Assembly (NCBI GenBank): GCA_021788025.1 | Contig: JAJYLE010000003.1 | Span: 1 to 43,752, forward strand | DNA from: Nitrospirota bacterium | GTDB lineage: Bacteria; Nitrospirota; Thermodesulfovibrionia; Thermodesulfovibrionales; JdFR-88 | Length of the DNA stretch: 43,752 nt | Reading direction: 5' to 3' | Part shown: piece by piece, positions 29,378 through 39,046 of the stretch | Position numbering within the stretch: position 1 is the stretch's first letter | Layout of the letters: each line of letters starts with the position of its first letter | Notes under the pieces: generated by a model | Database searches by the model: none | What the model saw: only the letters and a program-made list of their open reading frames with translations | What the model was told of the DNA's origin: nothing | Position numbers and translations under genes: made by a program

Positions 29378-30463
29378 TTACGGCAAAGCCGCTATAATCC
29401 CGCCGCCCAGCACCGCATCTCCATCATACAACACTGCGGACTGGCCTGGGGCCGGGGCCCACTGAGGCCCGTCCAGTTCTATCAGCAGTCCGTTTTCACC
29501 AGTCATTTGAACCAGCGCGGGCGCGGGGCGCATCATGGAGCGCACCTTCACGCCTGCCCTGAACGGCCATTTTGCCGGTTTGCTAAGCCAGTTTATACCA
29601 GACACTAACACCCTTTTTGAAAGGGCCTTTTCACGTTCCCCAACATAGATGGCGTTTTCAGAAGCATCTATCCTGTAAACATAAAGCGGCCGGGGCGGGC
29701 CGGGTGCAGGATTTTGCACGCGGAACCCCTTTCTCTGCCCTATTGTAAACGCGCAGACGCCTGAATGCGTGCCTATGCGCCTGCCGTCCTGGTAATATAC
29801 AGGCCCTTCCTTCATGGCTTCATGGCCAAGCTCTTTTAATGCCGTGCGGTAGTCATCCCCGCCGGTAAAGCATATCTCCTGGCTTTCCGGCTTATTGAAA
29901 ACCGGCAGCCCCGCCGCGTGCGCAATAGCCCGCACCTCCGCCTTTTTTAACTTTCCAAGCGGCAGGAGCAATCTTTCCAGTTCCTCTTTCTTCTGGGCAT
30001 AAAGGACATAGGACTGGTCCTTTGCCGGATCAAGCCCGGCAAGCAGCTTCACATCGCCATTATTCCGTTCGATCCTGGCGTAGTGGCCTGTGGCAATAAA
30101 CTCCGCGCCGCACTTCCCTGCCTCCTGAAGAAGCACGGGGAACTTCACGTGCATATTGCAAAGTATGCAGGGGTTGGGCGTAAGCCCGGCGGCATAGGAG
30201 CGGACGAAGGGGTTTATGACCTTTTCGATAAAAAGGTCCCTGGCATCCACAATTTTAAACGGCATGCCGATGGCTTCCGCAGTCCTGCCCGCCTCCTGGG
30301 CGGTCTCCAGGCTGCAACAGGAGCTTGCGCATGTTTTTGTTTTGCCCCTGTTTTCAAACATGAGGAGGCTTACGCCCTCAACTGCAAAGCCTTCCTTTTT
30401 CAAAAGCAGGGCGGCAACGGAAGAGTCCACCCCGCCGCTCATGCCAACTATTGCTTTGGGCAT
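29378..30463 (-). CDS. mnmA: tRNA 2-thiouridylase MnmA
   Basis: GMSGGVDS PP-loop, TPNPCILCN, ATGHYA, KDQSY, ESQEICF, FTIGQRKG, APGQSAV. Confidence 0.96.
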   Translation of the reverse strand: MPKAIVGMSGGVDSSVAALLLKKEGFAVEGVSLLMFENRGKTKTCASSCCSLETAQEAGRTAEAIGMPFKIVDARDLFIEKVINPFVRSYAAGLTPNPCILCNMHVKFPVLLQEAGKCGAEFIATGHYARIERNNGDVKLLAGLDPAKDQSYVLYAQKKEELERLLLPLGKLKKAEVRAIAHAAGLPVFNKPESQEICFTGGDDYRTALKELGHEAMKEGPVYYQDGRRIGTHSGVCAFTIGQRKGFRVQNPAPGPPRPLYVYRIDASENAIYVGEREKALSKRVLVSGINWLSKPAKWPFRAGVKVRSMMRPAPALVQMTGENGLLIELDGPQWAPAPGQSAVLYDGDAVLGGGIIAALP

Positions 30464-30534
30464 TTTTTATATTAACACCGCTTGGCAGGAAGCCGGGCGT
30501 GCCCTGCCGGCAATATGATATTATTGAACTCGCC

Positions 30535-31443
30535 ATGAGCGTTCTTGACTGCATAGGAAACACCCCGCTGGTCCATATACAAAACATTGCCCCCAATGGC
30601 AATGTGCGGGTGCTTACAAAGCTGGAGGGCTCAAACCCGGGCGGCTCCGTAAAAGACAGGATAGCCCTTTACATGGTGGAAGCCGCGGAAAAAGAGGGAA
30701 AACTTGGAAAAGACCGCGTAATCCTTGAAGCCACCTCCGGCAACACCGGCATAGGACTTGCCATGGTTGGGGCCGCAAAGGGCTACAAGGTAAAGCTCAC
30801 TATGCCGGAATGCGTAAGCATCGAAAGGCGGCGCACCCTGGAGGCATTGGGGGCAGAACTGCTCCTGAGCCCTGCAAACGAGGGAACGGATGGCGCAATC
30901 AGGCTTGCTAGAAGGATAATGGCGGAATCGCCGGAAACCTATTTCATGCCGGACCAGTTCAACAACCCCGCCAACATCCTTGCCCATTACGAGACCACCG
31001 GAAAAGAAATACTGGCCCAAACCGGTGGCGAGGTGACTTATTTTGTGGCCGGCATGGGCACCACCGGCACGCTGATGGGCGTTGCAAAAAGGCTGAGGGA
31101 ATACAACAGGGACATAAAAATAATCGGGGCGGAGCCGGTGCTGGGCCATAAGATACAGGGGCTTAAAAATATGACCGAGTCTATCATTCCGGGCATATTC
31201 AATCCCGGTGAGCTGGATGATAAATTCACCGTAAAGGACGAAGACGCATACGAAACCGCCAGGATACTGGCCACCAGGGAAGGGCTTTTCGTGGGCATGT
31301 CCAGCGGGGCCGCGGTTTCGGCCGCCCTTGCGCTTGCCAAAAAGCTGGATAAAGGGACTATCGTCACAGTATTGCCCGACAGGGGCGACAGGTATCTGTC
31401 TACCGTCCTCTTCGCCTCGGTCTGCGGCAAATGCCCGCCTTAA
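30535..31443 (+). CDS. cysM: Cysteine synthase (CysM/CysK family, PLP-dependent)
   Basis: IGNTPLV, KLEGSNPGGSVKDR, ATSGNTG, GMGTTGT, GMSSGAA, DRGDRYLST; start taken at ATG 30535. Confidence 0.85.
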   Translation: MSVLDCIGNTPLVHIQNIAPNGNVRVLTKLEGSNPGGSVKDRIALYMVEAAEKEGKLGKDRVILEATSGNTGIGLAMVGAAKGYKVKLTMPECVSIERRRTLEALGAELLLSPANEGTDGAIRLARRIMAESPETYFMPDQFNNPANILAHYETTGKEILAQTGGEVTYFVAGMGTTGTLMGVAKRLREYNRDIKIIGAEPVLGHKIQGLKNMTESIIPGIFNPGELDDKFTVKDEDAYETARILATREGLFVGMSSGAAVSAALALAKKLDKGTIVTVLPDRGDRYLSTVLFASVCGKCPP

Positions 31444-31467
31444 AAGCTTCCCTGCCTTGTATCTCCG

Positions 31468-33438
31468 CTAAATATAAAAAGCAGCCAGTATCGAAAGCGC
31501 AAGTGTCCCGGACCATCCAAAAAGGACTGCCCTTGCCACGTTAAGCTTTTTCAGTTTCAGCCAATCATTAGCGCCGCCCATTGCGGCTGCAAAGGCCAGC
31601 GACAGCGGCATCTCAAGCGACAGGCCGTAAAACGCCTTTGGTATTGCGTAATATGGTTTTTGCAATGCAAGCGTTATTATTACAAATCCAAAAAGACACA
31701 CTGAAGAAACGATCAGCAGCCCTGCCGGGCTGCCCTGCGTTATGAAATCCCTGAAAGCAAGGCAAAGGCCTGCCAGCAACAGGATGGCGGCAGGCACCGA
31801 AAGCAGATAGACCAGCGACATGAAACTGTAATTCCACCCGGGCCTGGCCGCATAAGCGGTGCCGCTGAAAAGCCCGTCGCCCCACATAGTGGAATATATG
31901 CCGTCCCAGAAAGAATGGAAGCCCGAAAAAAACGGGGCCGTAAACACCATGCCAAACCGGGTAAAATATTTGATCGAGTGATAGCCGGGGTCCATCCACC
32001 ATCTGCCGCCGAAAGCAATGTCCATATTCGTAATGGCGGGGTTGCCCAGATATATCCAGTTCCGGATATAAAACCAGCCGCACACCAGGAAGGCGGCAAT
32101 AAGCGCTCCCGCAATAAGACCGGCCGTCCTGCGCAGGCCCGCCTTCTTTTTTATGCAATCTGCAATAAGCGCAAGCAGGATGGCGGGCGTCAGTACAAAT
32201 GCGGTCATCTTGGCAAGAAGGGTCATTCCAAGCAGAATCCCAAGAATTATAAACGGCCCGGCCGATGGCTTTTGTTTTTTCATAATCCAGAAGGCGCATA
32301 CCAGGGTGGCCGACGCCAGCGCCGCCGCAAATGACTCATTGGAAATGTACTGTGAGATATAAATATTCATGGGCAGGAGGCCCGCGAAAACAACGGCTGC
32401 CGCGCGTTTTGCAGCATCTCCGGGAAATACCAGGCCGGAGGCGATATAGGCAAGCGCTGCCTGGGCCGTCCCGCTTGCAAAGGAGATCATTTTCACGCCG
32501 TAAAATGAATAAGACATGTTCCCCCACAATGAGTAAACAAGCTTGTAAACCGCCGATGCAATGGCATAGAACAAAGGGGGGTTGTACATCTCCCATCCGT
32601 CCGTGGCAAGCGGCAGGCCGCCGCCGTCAACCAGGCGTTTCAGATATGCTATATGCCCGGACACGTCAAATCCCCGCCACCATGGCAGCCTGGGCAGGTT
32701 GTGCACAAACACATACACAAGGGCCAGAACCACGATTACAAGCGCCCCACCCGGCAGCGCCCTTTGCTTAAGGACGCCTTTCAAGGCCGGCAGCCTGAAA
32801 AGCAGAAAAGCGCCCATGGAAGCCAAAAAGAACAACGCCAGCCAGGAAAACTTCGAGGCCATGGAAGCCCACGGGCCGGGGTCCTTGAAAGATACGGGGT
32901 TTGGCAAAGTGTCATCGGCTATCACGGCCCGCACTGGCCTGAAGCTGTTCAAGGGGACCAGCCGCCATGAGGCGTCGCTGCCTATATGCGGGTTAAGTCC
33001 GTTGACGCTCAGCCATAAAAGCGGCGGGCCGTTGACATTGCCAACATATGCGATTATCGAATTCTCCGCGTTCCTTTTCAGATAGCCGGTAATATCGAAA
33101 CTGCCGGTTTTTTTCCAGTCCCCGGTGTTTTTTTCAAACCCATGTATAAGTACACCGTTTACATAAAGGGCATACGAACCAAAAGCCCTTACCCTTAACA
33201 GCACTCTTGCGGGGGGCTGGCTGACAGGAAAATTTTTCATGAACTCCACGGTCATTGCGTCGGCCAGGCGGCTTATATGGGATTCAGGGGGACTGCCAAT
33301 CCATCGCCCCCCGGGCCTCTGCGTTAAAAACGGGAAGTACGGCGAGCTTGACGCCTCAAAAAAAAGCACGAACACAGGGATGGCAATAACAATGACGGCG
33401 ACGGCGCCCAGAAGGACAACCCTCTTTCGGAAAAAAAT
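31468..33438 (-). CDS. Membrane GT-C/PMT-like glycosyltransferase with an N-terminal extracytoplasmic domain
   Basis: GFDVSGH, YNPPLFY, ISNES, LAKMT, WFYIRN motifs and many TM helices. The frame is open upstream of GTG 33375 to an ATT at 33438 preceded by AAGGAGG. Confidence 0.7.
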   Translation of the reverse strand: MFFRKRVVLLGAVAVIVIAIPVFVLFFEASSSPYFPFLTQRPGGRWIGSPPESHISRLADAMTVEFMKNFPVSQPPARVLLRVRAFGSYALYVNGVLIHGFEKNTGDWKKTGSFDITGYLKRNAENSIIAYVGNVNGPPLLWLSVNGLNPHIGSDASWRLVPLNSFRPVRAVIADDTLPNPVSFKDPGPWASMASKFSWLALFFLASMGAFLLFRLPALKGVLKQRALPGGALVIVVLALVYVFVHNLPRLPWWRGFDVSGHIAYLKRLVDGGGLPLATDGWEMYNPPLFYAIASAVYKLVYSLWGNMSYSFYGVKMISFASGTAQAALAYIASGLVFPGDAAKRAAAVVFAGLLPMNIYISQYISNESFAAALASATLVCAFWIMKKQKPSAGPFIILGILLGMTLLAKMTAFVLTPAILLALIADCIKKKAGLRRTAGLIAGALIAAFLVCGWFYIRNWIYLGNPAITNMDIAFGGRWWMDPGYHSIKYFTRFGMVFTAPFFSGFHSFWDGIYSTMWGDGLFSGTAYAARPGWNYSFMSLVYLLSVPAAILLLAGLCLAFRDFITQGSPAGLLIVSSVCLFGFVIITLALQKPYYAIPKAFYGLSLEMPLSLAFAAAMGGANDWLKLKKLNVARAVLFGWSGTLALSILAAFYI

Positions 33439-33459
33439 TGGGGGGATCCTCCTTCCCTG

Positions 33460-34410
33460 TTACGCCTTTTTAATTCTTATATATTCCACAATCCCGGTGA
33501 GGGAGGCAAGCACGATGCTTAAAAACCAGGCGAAGGAAAGCGCGGTTGCCGCCTGGGCGCTGACCCCCACGGCGCCAAACAGCAGGACGAACGAGGCCTC
33601 CCTTATTCCAAGCCCGGATATCGAAATGGGCACAAAGGAAAACGTGATGATAAGGGGCACAAACACCAGAAAGAGCGCGGGAGAGACCGTTATGTGCAGG
33701 GAGCGGGCCAGTATGTACACCGAAATTATATTCAGCAACTGCACGCCAAAGGAAAGCAGCACTCCTTTAATGATGGCCGCCTTGCCGAACATGTCGAAAT
33801 AGCCGTAGAATGCCGCCAGGTACCTTATCCCCTTGCCGATTCTAAGCACCAGGAAAAGCGCCGTGAATATCAGCGCCCCGGCCACAACGGCCGGAAGCAC
33901 CAGTGCAAGCAGGCCCAGCTTCTCGCCAAAAAAAGTGACGGAGGGCGCCATGCTCCTTAAATAAGGGAAGCCAAACGGATAGGCGATTATGGATATAACA
34001 AGCATGGCTATAAAACCAAGATACCGTTCCATGAAGATGGAAGCCGCCGCCTCGGCGCCCTTGCCGGTGAGCTTGTAAAAATAATATCCCTTGATGGCGT
34101 CGCCTCCCACAAGGCCTGGCAGTATAACATTAAAAAAACTCCCCATCAGGTAAAGCCAGCAGAGCTTCCATACGCCCAGGTTGGAGCGCACCAGCAGCCC
34201 CCATCTAAGCGACGATACAAAAAGGCTGAACAGGTATAAAAAGACCGCCAGAAGGAAGGCGGCAATGCTTATCTGCTCCATCAACCCGGCCACTTTGACG
34301 ATGCCCGCCTTGTGCATGATAAACCACAACAGCCCTCCGCTGACTACAAGCTTCAGCAGCATGAAAAGAGGCTTTTTCAATTTTCTGGAAAGGCTTTTTT
34401 CTTCGCTCAA
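33460..34410 (-). CDS. Lysylphosphatidylglycerol synthase TM / flippase-like membrane protein
   Basis: SLRW, FFNVILPGLVGGD, ER, VPISISGLGIREA; TTG start at 34410 overlaps the upstream TGA. Confidence 0.85.
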   Translation of the reverse strand: MSEEKSLSRKLKKPLFMLLKLVVSGGLLWFIMHKAGIVKVAGLMEQISIAAFLLAVFLYLFSLFVSSLRWGLLVRSNLGVWKLCWLYLMGSFFNVILPGLVGGDAIKGYYFYKLTGKGAEAAASIFMERYLGFIAMLVISIIAYPFGFPYLRSMAPSVTFFGEKLGLLALVLPAVVAGALIFTALFLVLRIGKGIRYLAAFYGYFDMFGKAAIIKGVLLSFGVQLLNIISVYILARSLHITVSPALFLVFVPLIITFSFVPISISGLGIREASFVLLFGAVGVSAQAATALSFAWFLSIVLASLTGIVEYIRIKKA

Positions 34411-35393
34411 ACTTTGCCGCCGGTAATCTTCTTTATCGTGTAGATGGGTTTTTTCTGGCTTTCGTGATAAGTCCTTACAAGCATCTCGCCAAGAAGGCCC
34501 ATGCCGATAAGCTGGATGCCGATTATAAGCATCAGCACGCCCAGAAGCAGCAGCGGCCTGCCGCCAATCGGCCGCCCGAAAAATATCTTCTCCGCCGCAA
34601 GATAAAAGGAGATCAGAAAACCGCCCGCGGCAGACAGCAGCCCCATCGGGCCGAAAAATTGTATCGGCTTGGTTGAAAAGCTTTGAAGGAATTTCACGGT
34701 AATAAGGTCCAGCAGAACCCTTACCGTCCTGCCGATGCCGTATTTGGATTTGCCCATGCGCCTGGGGTGGTGTGTGGTCTCCACTTCGGCCACGCTCACG
34801 CCGTACCAGTTGGCCACTGCCGGTATGAACCTGTGCATCTCGCCGTAGAGCTTCATGTTTTTCACCACATCGCTGCGGTACGCCTTCAGCGAGCAGCCGT
34901 AATCGTGGAGTTTTACGCCCGTCACCTTGCTTATAAGCCAGTTGGCAATTATCGAGGGAAGCTTTCTGTTCACAAAAGTGTCCTGCCTGTTTTTGCGCCA
35001 TCCGCTGACAAGATCGTAATCCCCGTTTGCTATCATCGCGTACAGTTTGGGGACATCGGCGGGATCGTTCTGGAGGTCGCCGTCCATGGTTATTATTACC
35101 TCACCGCTGGCATGATCGAAACCGGCGGCAAACGCGGCGGTCTGGCCGAAGTTGCGCCTGAATTCGATTACCATTATGCGGGGGTCGGAAGCGATACTGG
35201 CAAGCTCCCCGGCTGTGCCGTCCGTGCTGCCGTCGTCTATTAAGATAATTTCATAGTCCACGGACATTCCATCCAGCACCGGCTTAAGCGCTTCGTAAAG
35301 AGGCTTTACGTTTTCCCGCTCGTTGAAAAGCGGCACTACTATCGAGAGGGCTTTCCCTTTTTCCTCTTTGAGAATGCCGGAATCAGAACCCAT
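34407..35393 (-). CDS. GT2 polyprenyl-phosphate glycosyltransferase (ArnC/GtrB-like)
   Basis: SIVVPLFNE, DDGSTD, RNFGQTAA, DGDLQNDP, DYGCSLKAY, two C-terminal TM helices. Confidence 0.9.
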   Translation of the reverse strand: MGSDSGILKEEKGKALSIVVPLFNERENVKPLYEALKPVLDGMSVDYEIILIDDGSTDGTAGELASIASDPRIMVIEFRRNFGQTAAFAAGFDHASGEVIITMDGDLQNDPADVPKLYAMIANGDYDLVSGWRKNRQDTFVNRKLPSIIANWLISKVTGVKLHDYGCSLKAYRSDVVKNMKLYGEMHRFIPAVANWYGVSVAEVETTHHPRRMGKSKYGIGRTVRVLLDLITVKFLQSFSTKPIQFFGPMGLLSAAGGFLISFYLAAEKIFFGRPIGGRPLLLLGVLMLIIGIQLIGMGLLGEMLVRTYHESQKKPIYTIKKITGGKV

Positions 35394-36969
35394 TGAATCC
35401 GCCTTTTCCCTTCCTCATGCCTTTGAAATCACGGCAGACAAATATGGAATAAGTTTTACCGTTCCGCACCATTTCTGCCCAGCGCTTCGCGCAGCTTCTG
35501 AAGGCTGTAGCCACCTGGGCCGGAGGACTGTCCGCTATTGTAACAAAAACGGCGTTATAGTGCGTAAAGCCTTCAAAGCCGGGCCACAGGTCATACTGGT
35601 TCATCCTGCGTCCCCGCCGCCCCCCAATGTTGGCGCAATATGTTACCGGATGTCCTTTCATGTAAAAGGCAAGCTCGGAGGAAAGCTGATAATCGCCGGT
35701 GAACACAAAATACGGGGTTTGGACATGCAGGGAATCCACTGCGCCCGCTATCTGCCGCCAGCCATGCAGTCTCTTTGTGGGGTCCAGCCTGGAAGGCAGG
35801 CGGAAAACGCCGGGGTAAAGCATTACGGCGCTTAAAATCACGGGCAGCACAACCGCCCCAAGCGCAAGCGCCTTCCTGGGGCGGGTACTATATTTGAAGC
35901 CCTTGAGAAAGGCGGCGCTCACGGGCAGCAGGGCCATAACGTAGCCCGGCATCGCCCAGTTTGCCTGTATCTTCTGTGTAAAACTTTTAACCAGGAAAAA
36001 CGCAAGCACCGGCACTGAAAACCAGAATGAAAAACCGTTGTCGTCATTTCTGTGTTTTACAAGCGCATATATAATGAGCGCGAACAGAACCGGGGTTATT
36101 ACGCCCGCCTGCGATCCGGCAAAAAGTAAAAAATTGAAAATAATATGGGCCGGTGAAAGGTCCATATATGCATGATCCGCGTTATGTTTCAGCATCACCC
36201 AGCCGTGGGCGGCGTCCCACATTACCATCGGCACGCATACCAGGGCCGCCATCGCAAGCATTGCATATGGCCCAGCAGTGATGAGCGCCCGCCTGTCCTC
36301 ACGTGAACTCAACAGGTAAAGAAACGCCGATATGGCAAAGAAACCCATCGTGAGCTTGTCGGTAAGCCCAAGGCCAAACACAATGCCGGCCAGAAGCCAT
36401 TCGTATATGCTGCCTGTGGTTACCGCCCGGTAAAAACAGTAAATGCTCAGAATCCAGAAGAAAAGCAGCGGCGCGTCTATTGTGTTTAGTACCCCGAATG
36501 CCGAAAAAAGCGGCACGATATTATAGGCAATGGCGGCAAGCATCCCGGTTTCCCGGTCAAAAAGAAGACTGCCCAGTTTGAAAAGGACAATGCTTCCCAG
36601 CAGCATCATTACAGGCGCCAAAAACCGCACGCCGAATTCGTTCTGCCCGAATATGGCCGTGCCGCCCTTTATGACATACGCTATCATCGGCCCCTTGGAA
36701 TAATAGCCCGCCGCCAGCCTGCGGGACCATTCCCAGTAATGCGCTTCGTCGCCGGAAAGCCCCGTGGTGCCGCTAAGTATGTAATAGAGCCTGAAAATGG
36801 TTATGCCTGCAAGAAAGATTATGAAGCCGCCCTGAAGGCCCTTTTTGCAAAACGCAAGCACAAAAAAGATGAAAACGAGAGCGCCGGCCAGAAGGGCGCT
36901 ATGATGTCCGCTGTTTATCCATTGAAAAAGCGGCAGGGGGAGCCAGGCGTCAAATGCCCTGGGGCCCAC
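35383..36969 (-). CDS. ArnT/PMT-like GT-C glycosyltransferase
   Basis: DEAHYWEWS, GYYSKGP, TID, QANW; many TM helices and a periplasmic C-terminal domain. Confidence 0.87.
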   Translation of the reverse strand: MGPRAFDAWLPLPLFQWINSGHHSALLAGALVFIFFVLAFCKKGLQGGFIIFLAGITIFRLYYILSGTTGLSGDEAHYWEWSRRLAAGYYSKGPMIAYVIKGGTAIFGQNEFGVRFLAPVMMLLGSIVLFKLGSLLFDRETGMLAAIAYNIVPLFSAFGVLNTIDAPLLFFWILSIYCFYRAVTTGSIYEWLLAGIVFGLGLTDKLTMGFFAISAFLYLLSSREDRRALITAGPYAMLAMAALVCVPMVMWDAAHGWVMLKHNADHAYMDLSPAHIIFNFLLFAGSQAGVITPVLFALIIYALVKHRNDDNGFSFWFSVPVLAFFLVKSFTQKIQANWAMPGYVMALLPVSAAFLKGFKYSTRPRKALALGAVVLPVILSAVMLYPGVFRLPSRLDPTKRLHGWRQIAGAVDSLHVQTPYFVFTGDYQLSSELAFYMKGHPVTYCANIGGRRGRRMNQYDLWPGFEGFTHYNAVFVTIADSPPAQVATAFRSCAKRWAEMVRNGKTYSIFVCRDFKGMRKGKGGFNGF

Positions 36970-37300
36970 TCAGGATTTCCTTTACGGTTTTCCTCAGGTC
37001 GTCTATCCTGAAAGGCTTCTGGAGAAAAGGAGACATGCCGGGCGGGGCCGCCGCTCCGCTTACGAAGAGAAATTTTATACCAGGGCAGAAGGCCCGCACC
37101 TTGGAGCACAGGACATCCGTATCTACGCCTGGCACATGCAGGTCCGCTATGAACAAGTCATACGGCCCCACGGCGAGGGCCTCAACGCACTCCCGGCCGC
37201 CGGAAACGCCGGTTGTGTCGTATCCTACTTTTCCCAGTGCCTTTTCTATTGTTTGCAGGACCAGGGGCTGGTCTTCAAGTATAAGGATTTTTCCGCCCAT
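36950..37300 (-). CDS. Single-domain response regulator
   Basis: ILILED, DLFIADLHVP phospho-acceptor, FVSG, LQKPF. Confidence 0.88.
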   Translation of the reverse strand: MGGKILILEDQPLVLQTIEKALGKVGYDTTGVSGGRECVEALAVGPYDLFIADLHVPGVDTDVLCSKVRAFCPGIKFLFVSGAAAPPGMSPFLQKPFRIDDLRKTVKEILSGPQGI

Positions 37301-37387
37301 TTGCTTTTATAATTAATATCTAATTTAGCATGAAAGGCCGGCTGATTTAAAATTCATCCGTTAGACTGGGCAATAATAGCCGCCTAT

Positions 37388-39037
37388 ATGGCGCTCTCGC
37401 TTGGGGTGGGCCTTTACTTCACAAAGAGGGCGTCTTCAAGCTTAAGCGAGTTTTTCCTCTCCGGCAGAAGCCTCCCGTGGTGGCTTGCAGGCACCTCGAT
37501 GGCTGCGGCAAGCTTCGCCGCGGACACCCCGCTTTATGTGACCGGGCTTGTAAGGGGACAAGGCATCTACGAAAACTGGCAGTGGTGGTGCTATATCCTC
37601 AGCGGCATGCTCTCGGTGTTCTTTTTCGCCAGGCTTTGGAGGAGGCTGGGCGTATTGACGGACGTGCAGTTGATAGACCTGAGATACGAGGGCCGCTCCG
37701 CCCGCATATTAAGGGGTTTCAAGGCCGTCTATTTCTCATTCGCCATTCACACGATAATCAAGGCGCAGATAATACTTGCCATGGCCAAGATACTGGAAGT
37801 TATCCTGGGCTGGGGAAAATGGGACGGCATACTGGTCTCCAGCGCGATAGTTCTGGCCTATTCCACGATGGCCGGATACTGGGGCGTGGTAGTGACGGAC
37901 TTCTTCCAGTTCATAATCGCCATGACTGGGGCCATCCTGCTGGCGGTTGTTTCGGTTCACAAAGCGGGCGGGCTTCCCCACATAATGGCAATCGTGCCGG
38001 CATCCAAACTGGCATTCTTCCCTTCCCCCGGAAAGGCCGCTTTCATGGCCTTCCTCGGGTACATAGGCCTTAGCTGGTGGTCCAAGTATTCTTCCGACGG
38101 CGGAGGGATAATCGTGCAGCGGATGGCATCTTCCAGGGATGAAAAGCAGAGCCTTCTGGCCACTTTTTATTTTAACGTGGTCACATTTGCAGCCAGGACA
38201 TGGCCGTGGGTGCTTGCCGCCCTCGCCTCCATGGTGCTATATCCTGTTCTCAAGGACAATGAAACGGCTTACCCGAAAATGGTGCTGGACCTGCTTCCCA
38301 CTGGACTGAAGGGATTGATGCTGTCCGCCTTTTTCGCGGCCTTCATGTCCTCCGTGGGCACGTACCTGAATCTTTCGTCGGCATATATGATTAACGACCT
38401 TTACAGGCCGTTTATCAAGCCGGATGCATCCGAAAGGCATTATTTAATGCTGTCCAGGCTTATCACCCTTGTGCTTGCGGGTGTGACTGCGCTTATTACA
38501 TATCACGTTTCATCCATAGTTGGGGTGTTCAAGTTTCTGATAGCTTTTGGCTCCGGCACCGGCCTGGTATATATAGCCAGATGGTTCTGGTGGCGGGTAA
38601 ACGCCTGGAGCGAAATATCGGCGATGATGGCCTCCACGGCCGTAAGCGCGTTCGTATACGAAAACAGGCTGTGCGCCGCCATGCCATTTTATGACAGGCT
38701 GGCCGCAATAATAGGGGTGTCCACCGTAATATGGATTGCGGTCACACTCCTTACAAAACCTGTTTCAAAGGAAAAGCTCAGGGCCTTTTATGAAAAGACA
38801 TTACCCGGAGGCCCCGGCTGGGGAGATATACGCAAAGGGTTCGAGGGCCGGGACGGAGGTAATTTTTCAAGGCCCTTTTATCTGTGGCTGCTTGGCTCGG
38901 TTTTCCTGGTAGGGCTTACGATGGGCATAGGCAAGATGATTTTCGGCTGGTACGCATCGGGCGCAGCCTGGCTGGCCCTGTCCTTTGCGGCAGCCCTGGC
39001 GCTGTGGCGCGGAGTAAAAAAAGGCGGCATTGTATAA
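37388..39037 (+). CDS. Sodium:solute symporter (SSS family)
   Basis: FFLSGRSLPWW, FAADTPL, GVVVTD, VQR, AAFMSS, RWFWWRVNAWSE; the true start is probably slightly upstream (see findings). Confidence 0.9.
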   Translation: MALSLGVGLYFTKRASSSLSEFFLSGRSLPWWLAGTSMAAASFAADTPLYVTGLVRGQGIYENWQWWCYILSGMLSVFFFARLWRRLGVLTDVQLIDLRYEGRSARILRGFKAVYFSFAIHTIIKAQIILAMAKILEVILGWGKWDGILVSSAIVLAYSTMAGYWGVVVTDFFQFIIAMTGAILLAVVSVHKAGGLPHIMAIVPASKLAFFPSPGKAAFMAFLGYIGLSWWSKYSSDGGGIIVQRMASSRDEKQSLLATFYFNVVTFAARTWPWVLAALASMVLYPVLKDNETAYPKMVLDLLPTGLKGLMLSAFFAAFMSSVGTYLNLSSAYMINDLYRPFIKPDASERHYLMLSRLITLVLAGVTALITYHVSSIVGVFKFLIAFGSGTGLVYIARWFWWRVNAWSEISAMMASTAVSAFVYENRLCAAMPFYDRLAAIIGVSTVIWIAVTLLTKPVSKEKLRAFYEKTLPGGPGWGDIRKGFEGRDGGNFSRPFYLWLLGSVFLVGLTMGIGKMIFGWYASGAAWLALSFAAALALWRGVKKGGIV

Positions 39038-39046
39038 ACTATTTAT

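Noticed and set aside
34411-35001. N-terminal extension of the 513-aa ORF 33460..35001
   Set aside because: Overlaps the GT2 gene in another frame; the real protein starts near TTG 34410.
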